A DNA stretch of 64,000 nucleotides. Origin: Paraspadella gotoi (taxonomy: Eukaryota; Animalia; Chaetognatha). Both the position numbers and the translations under genes were made by a program. The notes under the pieces are model-generated. The model did not search any database and was not told the DNA's origin. It saw only the letters and a list, made by a program, of their open reading frames with translations. Below are positions 26,101-39,739 of this stretch, one piece after another (positions within the stretch are counted from its first letter, which is position 1; each line of letters opens with the position of its first letter). The stretch covers positions 14,269,221 to 14,333,220 of the forward strand of contig CM119265.1 of assembly GCA_051294375.1 (NCBI GenBank). The letters are read 5' to 3'.

Positions 26101-29100
26101 TGTTGAATAAATCGGTACGGCCAGATAAACTGCTACCGCCGAAACTCAAAATGCCAGTTTCTGTAAAGAGCAAAGTTTCGGTTCACCAGGAACCAAAAAA
26201 TAACAAGGCTAAGGTCGATTCTGCTCAAGTTAAGAAGGACCGGTCAGTGGAATGTGAAGACAAAAGTGAACGAATAATCAAGAGTAAACAAAAACCTGAA
26301 CGGGATTTGGAAGAAAAGGAAAAAAGAAATTATGAATCAAATACGAAGAATAAAGAGCTCAAGGATAATGATAAATCAGAACAAGATAGGAAGAATTTAA
26401 AGATTGAAAATAAAAAACAAATTGAAGAAACAAGTACGAAACCATCTCTTTTGAGAAACCATTCGCACCCAATTGATCCATATACCGTACAAATGGATGT
26501 CAGCGACATTCCTATTCCAGACACGCCACCTGGTGAGAAAATTTCCTCTGCAATAAGATGTCTACCTGCAGTTTCAGCATCTATTCCTTCTTTGGTCTCG
26601 ACTTCTTTAGCAAGTTGTAGTCAAGAAGATGACATGGAGTGGGAGCCAATTGAGCATGATAAAATAGAAACTTCCTGTGAAGTTAACTTAGACGATATCC
26701 CTTTACCTGAGGAATCTCAAGGAGAACCACCGGCCGATAATTATGACAAGTCAACTAATCGTGATAAAAATGTTACTAATCTCAATGATATACCTGACAA
26801 TGGCCCCCCAGGTGACTCTCCAACTCAAATTATTTCTTCACTTTCAAGTAGCGATTCTGGAAATGCGTCCGGTCATCCTTTAGAGGGTAATTCAAATGGA
26901 AAACAAGATAATCTTAATTTATCATTAGGATTTGAGACAGAAGGCCTCGTTAAATTTAGTATTAAATATAAGGATACTTTGAGAAGTATTGAATTAGCGA
27001 AAAAAATTGCTGAAAGAAAGCGAGAAAAAACAAAAGAAAAAGGAAAGAAAAATACAGATGCTCAAAAAAAATCCTCCAGTCTTGATTCAGGTGTTGAAGC
27101 TTTGTTCCGAGAGTATGGATCAGGAGTTTTTGAAAAGCAAAAGCAGGAAGAAAAAAGACGTGAAGAGGAGAAAAAATTAGAGGAAAAAAGAAAGGAAGAA
27201 GAAAAAAAGAAAGCTGAAAAAAAGGCGGAGGAGAGAAGAAAAGAAGAGAAGAGATTGAAAGAAGAAAAAAGAAAACGTATGGAAGAAGAGGAAAATAAAA
27301 GAAAGGAGGAAAAAAAACTAGAAGAAAGAAAGAAAAAAGATGAAGAAAAACGGAAAGATGAAAAGAAAAAATCTAACCAAAGGTCTGAAAAAAATTTGGA
27401 ATCTGAAAGAACCGGACCTAATTCTGAAGTCAAAAAGTCTGTTTTGTCCAAGTCCAAAATCGATAAAGTTAAAAAAGCTCAGGGCAAGGAGGATAAAAAA
27501 TCAATTAAGAGTAAGGAACCCTGCAAAAAAGAAATGGTAACAATGAAAGTTAGTTCAGTAAAGCAGACTAAATCATGCTCTTCTACGGAAATCTTGAATA
27601 CCCTTTCTAAAGACAAAGTACCTTCGGAAAAGAGATTCGACAGGCGCGTTAAAGCTAAAGGCAATGATACAATTGAAAAATCAGTGAATAATAAAGATAT
27701 CTCCCAAAAAAAGAATTATAAACGTAATACCAGAGATAAGAATGAAGATGTCGTAGAAGTTACTTTAATAGACGATTTTGGAATTAATGTGGAGGATGCA
27801 GATAGTCTTAGTGTATTAGATAATAAAGAAGCGGGTATCAATAGAAGTCATTTACCTGGTTTACCCGACAAAGTACAAATTGAGATGATTAAACAAAAGA
27901 AAAATGTTTCAGATCTTGACTTTTCTGAAACAGCCAAAATTGAAAATGTACCTTCTTCACCAATATCAATGACAACGATACAAAACTTGAGCCCAATGAA
28001 AAATATTATGGACCGGATTGTTGATGATGCTCCTGTAGTATTGTCTGATATTGAAGAAGACATACTTTCTGACATAGATGATAATTTGATTTACTCAAAA
28101 GGAAGACCTCAATCTTCAAAATCGATTGAATTGAAACAGATGCGTGTAATATTAACTAGGATTTCTGATTGTGATATTGCAAAAATGACAAATCCAGAGA
28201 GAAAACCAAGATCATCTATTAAAAAAGGAACTCAAAAATTTAAATCTAGGCTCAAAAAAGAAATGGCTGAAATGTCAAGTACCGAGAATATTGTTTTTGA
28301 AAAAAATTCTTTAGATATTAAAGGCTTTACTCAAAAAGCTCATTCTGGTGAAACCGATAATTTAAATGGAGAAACTTCTGAAGGTAATGATTTTCAGAAG
28401 CAGAAAGCTATCAACGAGGACCAAACACAATATATAAACGAACCTCAACCTGAGGAAATGATGTTCATGAGTGTTGAAAGAGAAAAAACGCTTAATAGTG
28501 ATCATGAGTCTGAAGATTGTGAAATTTCAAGTGCATTGTCAAGGTTTCTAGAGGCAGTTGATCAAAATCTTTCAGAAACAAATCAAATGGTAACCGCAGA
28601 TTTGTTTAAAACTCGTGAAATTGACCAAACTGTTTCAACTGAAGTTACAGTTCCATATGATCAGGAATCAGAAAATTTTACAAAACCTTTCAATACTGAT
28701 AATCGGTTGCAAAAAAAATTTTCAAGAGAAGTTGGTGAAGCAGACTTAGCCAATTTGGAGAAACCATTTATTAGTGCCGTTTCTATGGAGTCTGGCCTTA
28801 GTGACGATTTGGATAAAACCACAAATTCTGACGATAATGTAAAGCCAGGTTTTGTTGATAGTTCAGTTGATGCTGTAGACGTGTCAGTAACAGGTCGCAT
28901 TGTTCACGATGCTTTGAAAAAGGGTATTAAAGAGGGTACTGTGGAACCAAGCCCTGGAAACGATGTTGTGGAAATCGGTCTCATTGACAATGGTGTTGAT
29001 CCTGTCCTCGTCACCAATCCTGTACTATCTGCCAAACCAATCATGAGTGTAAGTATTGGGAATTCAGTGACAGATCCTCAAGAACAAGCGGTTTCTTTGA

Positions 29101-32100
29101 ATTCTACGAACGCCCCTTTGAGTGAAAATTATAAGAATTCTATCGAGGCGATGGTACCTGGTGCAGATTCTGTGCAAGAATCGGGAACAGTTGAGGTTGT
29201 CGATGTTCAACAATCTCTCAAATTAGTCGACCATGAAAAATCGTCAGGGTGTTTTGAAAAATTTGTAAGTCTTGTCAGCCATGATAAATCTACAAAAGAG
29301 GTCGATGTCAAAGATTTTCCTTCTTTGATGGAAAAACTTCATTTACCTGCTGATATATTAAAAGAATCTCGTCGCAAGGAAAATGATTTTGAAAGAGAAT
29401 CCAATCCGGATTCAATTAACAGTAGTGAAAAGATTATATTTGATAAACAGAAAGATGAACGTCAGTGTCTTAAAATAGTTGACAAAACGCTTCATAAATT
29501 TTCAACTTTTCCCGATAACACCGAGCAAAATTTACAAGAAAATTCTGGTTTATCAAGCCCAAATACTTTTGGAATGCTAAAGAAAGGAACTGAAAGAAGT
29601 CCGGTCATCACTTATGTTAATATAAGTGAAAATATTTCACCTTTCAATGAAACATCGAGAAAACGGGTAATTGACACACCAAAATTAAGTTTGGGCTATC
29701 ACTCTCAACTTTATTTGCCGTCTCAACTGACACTTACAAAACCAATTCAAAATGTAAACCTAAAAACTCCAGCGGGTGATGAAATCCAGTTAATTCAAGT
29801 TTCCTCTTCCTCTGAAGGAGTTAAGCACGGACCATCTCCACTAAAAAAGTTAAAAACAATCGATAATATTACTCTCACTAGAAATCAAAATATGAGGCTA
29901 TCAGTCGTAAAATCTGCTCTAAAAAAGTTAGAAGGATACATAAAAAACTTAAAAACAGATGATTTTGATATAAATGGCTTTAACATCAGTTCAAAGTTTA
30001 GAACTCAGAGAAGATCATTAAGAGGAAGTGGAGAGGATTTAGCCTGGTCCCGAGAATTATCAATGGGGAAAAAAGTACTAGTTAATAAAACTGAATCCGA
30101 AATGATTCCAGGTGTAGCTAATGATGCTAAATCAAAGTTGCCCCCTGATTTGCTAACGGTTACCGACAAAGTGCTTAAGCAACATTTTAAACCGTTAATA
30201 GTAGCAAATCTAGAGGCGAAAGACCCTAACATTTGCGCTCACGCTAAAAAAATATCTCTTTCACAGGTGCCCGAGCTTTTAACATTGAACTTGAAACCAC
30301 CGGATGAACCCGATAAAAACCCGAGCGAAAATCTCGGTAATTCTGCGGATTCAAGAAATAAATCAGAAGGCTTTTATTGCAAACTCTGCCCGTTTTCTGT
30401 TTCTACTAAAACTGATATTCTTGCGCACCTAGTTAATGTTCATCACAATTCTCCTTCTTCGGAATTTATTTTTTTGGGGGACTCTGTTGATAAATTTGAT
30501 AAAAAATCTGTCGCAGCGACATTATCAGTTCTCCCCAAGAGTAAATCATGTAAGCGAAAAGTAGCTGAATCGCCAAGTTTCGATGAAGGTGATATAAAGA
30601 ATGTTTTTGAAGGTACGGTCAAGGATCCCTTTGTTAAGCTGATAAGATTGCACAATGAAGAAAATTCCGAAAAGCAAACGCCTGTTATTAAGGATTCGAG
30701 CGGCTTATCCGATTTTATTTCTAAAAAGCAAGAAAGAAATCGAAGCTGCCAGAATCAACAAGATACCAAAGCATTCATGGAAAAGGAAAGGTTAGCTAGT
30801 CATTGGGAAGATACCAGCTGTGATGAAATACTCGGCTCGCTCCCTAAATTCGGGGTGAGGGTTTGCCCTAGAATTCGACCGGCATCTAAGTTAGGGACTC
30901 CGAGTAGTTCAGTTGGCCGACTCGCCGCATCTGATATTTCGCGTAACGTTCTACCTAATTTGGGCACGCGAGTTCGACAAAAAGATTCTTCAAACCAAAC
31001 TGTTGAGTTAAAATTTCTTCGCGCAAACGCATCTTCTGTTATAAGTGACGAATCCTTAAAGGCAAATTCTACAGTAGACGCAACTCATGAGACTACTAAA
31101 AAGAAACCTCCGGATCAAATCGTCGCGTCAACCTTCGCTCCGAACGTGCCTGGGATTACACCCCTGGAACCAACAAGGCATGTCAGAATTTGGAATTGTA
31201 GTGCTGTTAAAATTGTTTTGAGTTCAGATTTTCAAATTATTTTTTTTAAATTCTCATACCAGAATAAATAAGTAGTCTTCTGTTCCCAAACGTAATTTGA
31301 ATTGAATTGAAATGTTTAAAATCGTAAAGAAGACATGGACGGTGATAAGTATAAACTGAAGAGACAGTAATTATTGATATGTGTTTGGATCAGGCTGTAA
31401 CACCATGTTACAGGCGGGTTTAGCGCCCTGTCCCTCTTAACTGCGAGGCGACCACTGGGCTAGAACACCAGACCTTTGGGTTGGGAGGCGAATGACTTGC
31501 CTCCGGCACCAATGGCCGATGATGAACGGTTGGTTGATTTAAGTCCACCATACATTCCCCCCTCTGTTGCGTCTCTTCAGTGAATTGTTGTTGGTGGAAA
31601 GTTCGTCACCAAGTTGAGGCATGTCGCCTGATGTGTTGTTGGCGGAAATATCATCGCCAGGTTGAGGCATGTCGCCTGAAAGTGTTGTTGTTGCTGTTGT
31701 TTGGAAGTCGGGCTCACCAATGAAGAGACAGTAATTATTGATATGTGTTAATGACAGAACCGTTCATTATATTTATAAGCAGTCCCTGAGCTTTGAATCA
31801 GGCTGTAACACCATGTTACAGGCGGGTTAAGCGCCCGGTCCCTCTTAACTGCTAGGCGACCACCGGGCTAGAAGGGTTGGGAGGCGAATGACTTGCCTCC
31901 GGCACCAATGGCCGCTGATGAACGGTTGGTGGATTTTAGTCCACCATGAAACATTAATTGTATTTTAATTATGGAAAGGCAGTGCGAATGCAAAAAACGT
32001 TATTTTTTATCAAATATAAGTCGTCTTCAGTGGAAAAGCGTTAGGAAGAATTGTTTATTCGTTCCAAATTGTCACTTAAAAAAGAAGTTGAAATGTTTGG

Positions 32101-35100
32101 CAAAAATATCGCTTCTTGTCCTCGAACTGCCACTCCATAATGGAAATACAATCTAGAGCTTATTTATTTTTTCTCAGTATTCTAATTTTTATAAAAAAAT
32201 CCTAATGTTATGGCAACATTTGGATTGCCTGTGATGCCCATTGGGATGGGGCATCTCACTGTTGGCTTTGGGGGCTACAGACCCTCAGTGACGCTACCTG
32301 TCACTGGCGCGGTTACACTAGGACGGTCTCGCTTTGCCAACCCAGAGGGAAGTCGTTAGGAATGTGAATGGAACGTAATACTTGGGATGGTACGGTTCCC
32401 CCTCTGAGCACATGGGATTGGCTGAACGATGGTGTGAATATACCGCCACAATGTTATCAAAAAAATGACCAAAAATAAGAGAGGTTGATTAAAGACTAAA
32501 GGCTATTTTCAAATTATCTCTTGGTTTCCTCTCTCTGTCTAACAACTAAAAATTAAAACTAACACAAATATATCTGTATTTTTATAGAAAGTCCAAGAGA
32601 CGCGCTTCCCTTGGCTCCAAAACTGATGCCTCATCGGCGGAATGCGCCTCCGAAAACGAAGCTGTGGCAAAACGCCCTCGAAGAACGTCACGGATTAGTT
32701 TACCGACCGAAAAAATGCGAGACAATCTCCAATCGCGAAGGAGCTTGACGCTGATCGATACATCCGGCGGAAGGAGAGCACGAATTACTGGGAACATGAA
32801 TGATTGCCTGGTTGGCTCTTCGACTCCCTCGAAAACTGACTCTGATAGACAGTCTCGATCAAAGAAAACGTCGTTAGAATCCCAAAGCACAATGGGCGAG
32901 ACGAAGTAAGTACATTTTGTAGCGCTGGCCACTGGTCACTGGTCAGGCACGATGAACTCATGAAGTTTTTAGTCGGATCTGCTTATAAGCAGATCCCGAA
33001 TCTATAATTCACTTTGTCGGTCCGTCGGTCCGCCCCCTCAATCTTGTCGGGCATTAACTTATTTAAAGTCAGAACATCGAATTTTGATAAATTATGCAAA
33101 AAAAACTATGTCCGTCCGTCCGTCCCACCTTAACAAAAAACACCAATTACTCGTGATTGGATGGATGGATTGGAATAAAATTTTGTATGTGGTTAGGGAA
33201 GTGTGTGATTGAGCAGGATATGATGTTTCGATGGAATCGTCCGAGTGGAAATGAGTTTAAATGGAAAAAACAAGAAAATATATTTCATTATTTGAACACT
33301 AATTACTCATGAGTGGATGGGGCAATTGACCTGAAATTTTGTATGTGGGTAGGAAAGTGTGTGATTAAGTTGGAAATCAAGTTTCGATGGAATCGTTTGA
33401 GTGGAAATGAGTTTAAATGGAAAAAAACAAAAAAACTGTTGATTATGCTTCTTTTTCCTTGTAAATGTATAAATTAATTAATTAATTAATTATTATTTGC
33501 TCAGACTTGTTTTTCTCTGGGCGGAAATAATTAAATAATTTAAAACGAAAAAGGAAAAAAAAAATGTTTGTAATAAATCAGTGTAGCTCGTTGCAATATA
33601 TTTTTCAAGTATTTTTTGCTGCTTCATCTCCTAAATTTTTTACCCCTAGAACGACGCTGCTATCATCCGTCCGCACGGCGTTCGATAAGATTATGGACGT
33701 ATCAAAACGAGTTCCACAACACGATTGGCAGGAGGATTTTGAGTTCTCCCCCTCTGCAGATCTGTCTTCAACGAGGCCGGCTACCCTCGGGGATCCGGCG
33801 GATAGTGGGATTGGGGGATTCCACGTTTTCGTTGAAGACGCGGAGGGGGAGGATGTCACCGCAGAATTCCCCGCCATAATCAACGCTGGGTCATCTCCTT
33901 CCGGCGTCGACTTGCAGGTGTATCCAGTGCTTGTACGTCACGTGACACCAATCTTTAGTTTTCCGAAGCGTCCTAGTTATCTATCTGGGAAACTAAATAA
34001 CTTCCCTCTTGAAAACTCGAAAAAAATCAGTACAACGGAGTCTCCCTCGTCCGCTGTTTTCAAAATGCTCCATCGAGATTTGGAGTTCCACATCGAGGAC
34101 GAAATTAAGATTTCAGCATACGAAGGGCTGACAGAGATCAGTCAAAAACCCGTCGACCCCATAGATGCTATATTTAGATCGGAGGCGGAGGATACAATTG
34201 AAAAGGAAACCGATGAGTTAAAGAACGGCGAAAAAGAAGAAATATTATATCGAAATACTGAAGATTTTAATTTCGGAATCTTTGACCGCTCCTGGAAGAA
34301 GAAGAATGAGGAAAAATTATTTGGACAGAATTCTTTGAATGGGAGTGACCAAAATTATCTTTCATCACGACTTGATAACTCTCGTGAAGGAAAAGAGAAA
34401 TCGTCCGATACGATGGTTAATCTTGAGTCGACTATTGCGGAAAACGGTGCAGAAAAAATGACTTGCAAAGGAATCGTGGGAAAATGCAAGAGGTAAGTAA
34501 GCATGTAAACCTTTATTACTTAAAAAAATAGTCACGGCATTATGTTTAATGAGATTATTTAATGTCGTATGGAATTTTAGGTAAATCTTTCGCTTAAAAA
34601 GAAAATTCGTTTTCCTCTAGCTATTTCGCAAAATGCATAATCCCATCCCAAACAGATTAATAATATTATATTTAAATATTTAACACAAAAATATTTTAAA
34701 AAATAAATGAAATCATAAATAATAGTTATTTTAAATCTAAATTTAAAAAGAAATAAATAAAAAAATAACTAAATAAATAAATAAAAAAAGATAGTAAAAC
34801 AAGTAATTTTGCAACTTTCATAACTTTCATCTCTCATATCTCTACACTCTACAGGTTACGTTGGAACAATGCAAAGCTTCCCCGCCAGAAGTGCCTGTAT
34901 TGTGATGAACGTAAATTAAAATCTCGATTATGGAAGCATATTCAAAAGGTTCATCCCGCATTGGCACGAAGTCCCCCTTGTGGTTTTCCAAAGAGCAGAA
35001 AGGTTATTTCAAGCCCCCGTGTCGACAAATGTACGTTTGACTTTTGTGACGTCCTGGATAATTGTGCTAATATTGATACGCATTGGAATTATCTCAACAG

Positions 35101-37373
35101 GTTGGTTTTTAAAAGGAAAATTGAATAAGCTTCGGCTTCCCTAAGACGATTGATTCATTCCTCTTAGAATTATAATCGGTTAATTTTATTTTCTGATTGT
35201 ATTTTAGGAACCAAAAAAGAAAGAAAAAGAGTTCAAATTGGGAAGAAACCATGTTTAATTATCAGCGGCTTCAAACATCGCTCTTTGCCTATCAACCTGT
35301 ACCTGTTGACGAATGCGAAAAAAAATTTCAATCAAAAAATTGTTCAAACGTTTATATGCGACAATATGCTGGTAGGATTATTTAAATACATGGGCACAAT
35401 TTGAAATCCGTCGCTAAAATCTATTAATCGAAAACATATTTTGAAAAAAGATGTTTAAAGGCAAGACTAGCTTATTTTCTAAACAGAAATATCTTGTTAT
35501 TCGGTTAACATTTGTTTTGGCAGTGAAAGCATTGATTTAAAAATTGTTACCCTAACTCGATCGCATATAATAACGCTTGCGACGATTTTGTGACGATGGA
35601 CCCCATAAATGGCGTCTTCGTCGTTTGAGGCGTTCCAAATTATAGATATTTTTTTTTAAAAATTATTTGTAATTGTATGAAGCTGAAAATTTTAGATATA
35701 TATTCTCATCATCAAGCTGCTTGAAAAACTTATACATAAAAATGAATTAACTGCAGGTCCAGCTCTAATCAAGTGCTTACAGCACAAAGATGGTTTATGA
35801 TAAAAGAAAAGCGAAACTATATTTTGAAATAAGTCTAATTTCTCTTTCCAAACGTCTCGAATCAAACAGCAACTTCTGTAATTGAGACGTTTTGCATAAC
35901 ATCATTTTTTTTGCATCGTTCCGTAACAAAATTTTATAAAATTTTGGCGAAAATCAAGATAAACCGCGCAGTTTTTTTGACTGCAATTCTCCCGATTAAT
36001 TAAAATGTAGGACTGAGAATCAGAATGTCCCACGCATCCCCTATAGAACTGTCAATTTTCTAACAGCGGCTATAGTAGAGCCAAACTTCGTCAATGGGGT
36101 GGGTCAGAAGTTTGATTTGGGAACCTTTCCAAATGAAACTTCATACATTTCTGAGAAAACTTTCAATGGAGCAAAATTTTCTAAAATGGCAAGAAGCATT
36201 AGTAATTAATTTTTTAATATTTATTTATAGATAGGAAATGTCAAAAATTTTTTTTTATTTTTAAAAGCAGATTCAAATTGCTTATGAAAAGTTATCTACA
36301 CAAAGTATAATTCTTTTTTCAATATTTTGATAATAAGTGGGTTAAATTTGAGAAAAACCTTAAAAAATCATCATCATCATCCGATGATTTTAGCAGTTTT
36401 TACTAATTTTTAGTAATAAAACATCAAAATTTTAAAAAGTTGTAATTATATTTTTTGCTTAACTTTTTAAGCTCTATCAGAATCAATTAAAAAAACTTAA
36501 AATATCTAAAAAAAATTTTTGATATTATATAGCGATATAATAATATTAATTAGCGAATTACTCAGTTCGAAACATTTTTGCAAAAAAATATTTTAACACA
36601 ATAATTAATACTAATAATGGATTAGTTTAATTCTGTTCCCATTAAAATTTGAATTTGGTCGGCTACCGCTAGCTATAGTGGTAGGAATGATAGCATTCCC
36701 AATGGGCGCGGTTGCAAAAGCATGCGCCGCCTTCTCTAGACACTTTTGAAGGTCATGGTTGCTCAAGGTAAATTTCTTTAATAGATTGATTTTTATATGT
36801 ATACCAATTTTTATACCATTCAAACGATTTTTTGACTTTAGTCCCAAAAAAGCTGGACCTCCCTGTAGAAATTTCCTCTTGTAAAATATTAAAATCTATT
36901 TGCGTTTTAGTTTTGCAAATTTTTTTTAGCGGCGAGTTTCAAATGTATAATTGTTTAAAATTTCATTCTTTGAACGCGTATATAATATATAGTATATACT
37001 GAATAGCGTAAATTAATTTTGATCTTAGGTCTGGCGTATCATTGTAAGAATTGTGACGCCGTTTTCCGCAATTACCTTGGTTTTAACCGACATCGACTAA
37101 CTATTCATCGCCTCGACAACAATTTGAAATGCCCACAATGCCCGTATGAAACCACTAAAAACGCCAAACTCAAGCATCAGATTAGCTTTATACATAGTAA
37201 AATTAGGTATTTATATTTATTCGTTATTAAAAATATTAATTTAATCATGCTCTTCTAGAATGCATCGCTTATTTTTCTTATACAGCAACGCACCGTGTAC
37301 ACTTTGTTCCAACTGGTTCAACGCACGTTTAATCTTGGCTTATTCAAGAAAGATCTGCCATAGTAAAAGTTGA
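20181..37373 (+). CDS. Very large, mostly low-complexity C2H2 zinc-finger protein with a Gly/Arg-rich N-terminus. Approximate exons: 20181-21250, 21431-21561, 21849-21977, 23408-23487, 23552-23697, 23921-31177, 32588-32905, 33650-34492, 34855-~35030, ~35209-35371, 37030-37206, 37286-37373
   Basis: Spliced C2H2-type fingers: CPGC..FDDHI, CANC..HIRNEH, CRLC..HIETSH, CKLC..HLVNVH, CLYC..HIQKVH, CKNC..HRLTIH. A 2446-codon ORF forms one exon. Phases agree up to 34492; the 3' exon joins are uncertain. Confidence 0.75.
31357..31948 (-). mobile_element. Family A non-autonomous LTR element (twister retrozyme): LTRs 31721-31948 and 31357-31552, PBS 31707-31719, PPT 31555-31565
   Basis: Direct terminal repeats each hold a mutated twister. 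PBS TGGTGAGCCCGAC, PPT AGAGGGGGGAA, TSD AAAC at 31353-31356 and 31949-31952. Confidence 0.85.
32209..32450 (-). mobile_element. Family B solo LTR (mutated twister at 32261-32341)
   Basis: Minus-strand ends TGTGGCGG...CATA; TSD ATGT at 32205-32208 and 32451-32454. Confidence 0.8.
32966..33515 (+). mobile_element. Second HINE-like family (GTCGGATCTGC subTIR, GTCC microsatellite); other pieces at ~51108, 56640-57010 and ~62480-62510
   Basis: 5' TTTT..GTCGGATCTGC..GCAGATC and (GTCC/GTCG)n; the 3' GCAGATCCGAC + TTTGCTCA(A/G)ACTTGTT end is seen at 56976-57010. Confidence 0.6.
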
Positions 37374-38189
37374 GGCCTCGAGGCAAGGCCGCGACTGCGA
37401 CTTACGCGACGCAAGATTTCGTCGTTTCTCTATTTTTTCTGTCGTCATTAAAGAAGCTATGATGTATAGAAGCGATGTATTTAAAAATATGAAGAAACTG
37501 GCCGAGCGTTTGCTCAGAAACTATGAATTTTGTTTTAAATCAGATTGACTCATCCTTTTTGTTTTTTAATTTTCTTATGCCAATTTTTGTATTTCCTTGT
37601 TTCTGTACAAAAGGTGATGAGTTTGTTTTTGTTGACAATGTGTACATATTTTCTCCTCTTTACCAGTCTCAAAATATTCGATGTATTATGCGTTGTTCTT
37701 TGCTTTTATTAAATGTGTGATTATCAATTATGTTTAATAACTCGCTGGAAAATAAAACCAGTGCGAAACGAATTTACTCGTTTTCAATTTCTTGAAGAAT
37801 TTTAATCTTGTTGAAATTCGCATAAAGGATATAAGGCCAAGTGGTAGTTAGTGACAATTAAGTGTAGAACCTTTTTCGAAGTGCCTTTATTAGATGGATG
37901 CAACAAACTCTAGCATTGTATCCTTGATCTCCACCATGTTCTCGCATTGCACGTGTATAGATGCGTTATTGATTGTTTGTAGTACTTAATAGATTTTATT
38001 TATCTTCATAGAGAACAATGCATAATGCTTCTTCAATGTAACGTTATGATTGTATGTGACTATCAAACTCGTGTTTCGCATAAATCTTGTCTTTCAGGTT
38101 AACATCTTTAAGAAACGAATATGATTTCCTAAAAACAAATGGACGTTTTGAAATAATAAATCAGAGCCAGGGGAAAAATTAATTGCCAT

Positions 38190-38362
38190 TCCCTCAGTCG
38201 TGACCGGTTGGATCATTGAGTAAAGTGACTACGAGGCACTAGGTGCAATCTAAACTCAGTACTTGCTCTACGGGAAGCGTGAGGACGGCCGTAAACACCC
38301 TTGCGGGCGTGGGAAACTCTTTGGCTACTAGTCATGTTCAGCCCATTTATGGCTTTATCCCC
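38190..38362 (+). mobile_element. Degenerate family D LTR fragment
   Basis: ACGGGAAGCGTGAGGACGGCCGTAA (5' half of the twister) is retained; P4 is deleted. Confidence 0.65.
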
Positions 38363-39692
38363 TTATATGGCGTCGTCGTCCTTTCATTTCCTTTGCATTT
38401 TTATTTTATATAAAAGCCGGGCCAGAATTTAACATTTTTTACAATATAAAACGGTCTGCCGTTAATGTCTTTTTTCCTTATACAGCTGATACAATTTATT
38501 TTAATATTTAACAATATAGTATAAGAAATTGTTTAACATTTTTTTAAAACGGATTCTGATAGATCAAAAAGTTAAATAAATCATAATATTTTTATATTTT
38601 TAAACATAAAAAATCCTTTAAATTTTTATCAGAATTTAATAAAAAAAAAACAATTAAATAACAAAATTTTATATTATGTATTTCATATTATACATATACA
38701 ATCATGAACATTTATACATGCATATTAAGGCCGGCCAAAATTGAACATATATATATACTCTTTTCAAAAATATTTCTTTTTTCCTTCTATTACTAAATCG
38801 ATTTTTCAATGCAACTTTTTTGAATTAGTTCATTGGGTTTGCACTGAAGCTTTTAAATATTTATTAATATATAACAAATGACAAAAATTTAAAAAAAGCT
38901 TTTGCCCATAAGTGGCGTCGTCGTTGCGTGCGGCGTTCCAAATTATAGATCGCCTTTTTTATGATTAAATTTTTGGTGTATGAAGCTGAAAATTTATATA
39001 CAGCTTCTCATCATCGATGTGCTTAAAATTGAGTCTGGACAGTTATTAAATATGTTTTGTTTACGTTTTATCAAAACAAACAATTTCTCTTTTATTTTCA
39101 TATTTCTTTCTCTCTCTCTTTTCTCTTTTAATTACATGTCTCTCTCCCTCTCTCTCTTTTCCTAATCACTGATGTCATAATCATAGGGAAAAAACGAGTC
39201 TGTAACTGTAACTTTAATTTTCTTCGGTACCTTATTTTTTATTAAAATCGTAAATAGAATTTTTTTTTTCTGTTTATTAAATTTATTTTTTTCTCAAATT
39301 TTTTTTTCATCAAAATTTTTTCTCAAGGCTGGTCTGCTGATCAGTTTATTTACAATGACAATTGACAAGGACAAAAAAAAACTTTCTTTCTGTTTATAAA
39401 TAATTTCTTTTTCTCAAATTTTATTTTTTTTTAGTATTAAAATTTGTCGTCAATTCAGATTTATTCCTATGCGATTGCGACGATCCTTATGCTTTTAAGA
39501 TTTTTTTTTTCTCTCTCTCTCCCTCACTCACTTTCACCATTTCAAAATCAACTTACTTCCCATTTTTCCTGTCCTTAACTTCACCTGTCCTCACATCTGA
39601 CCACTGTTCTTTCTCAATTCTTTGTTGGAAAGTGTTTCTATCTCTCTCTCTCTCTCCTCTTTACTTAAAAATGTGAAAAATTGTCTATTATC

Positions 39693-39739
39693 AAACGCTG
39701 ATGAAGACTCGCAAAGTAAGAGTCAAAACATGTCCGTTT
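39693..39739 (+). ncRNA. Hammerhead remnant with a G12A core mutation in a PLE pLTR fragment
   Basis: aaacg CTGATGA a GACTC..GAGTC AAAAC AT GTC cgttt. Stems are perfect, but GAAA has become AAAA. Confidence 0.7.

Noticed and set aside
25040-27457. Minus-strand Ser/Phe-rich ORFs
   Set aside because: They are antisense shadows of the E/K-rich giant exon.
31905-31952. CTGATGA...GAAAC in family A as a hammerhead
   Set aside because: GAAAC comes from the LTR end plus the TSD and is absent in other copies; there is no stem III or GUH.
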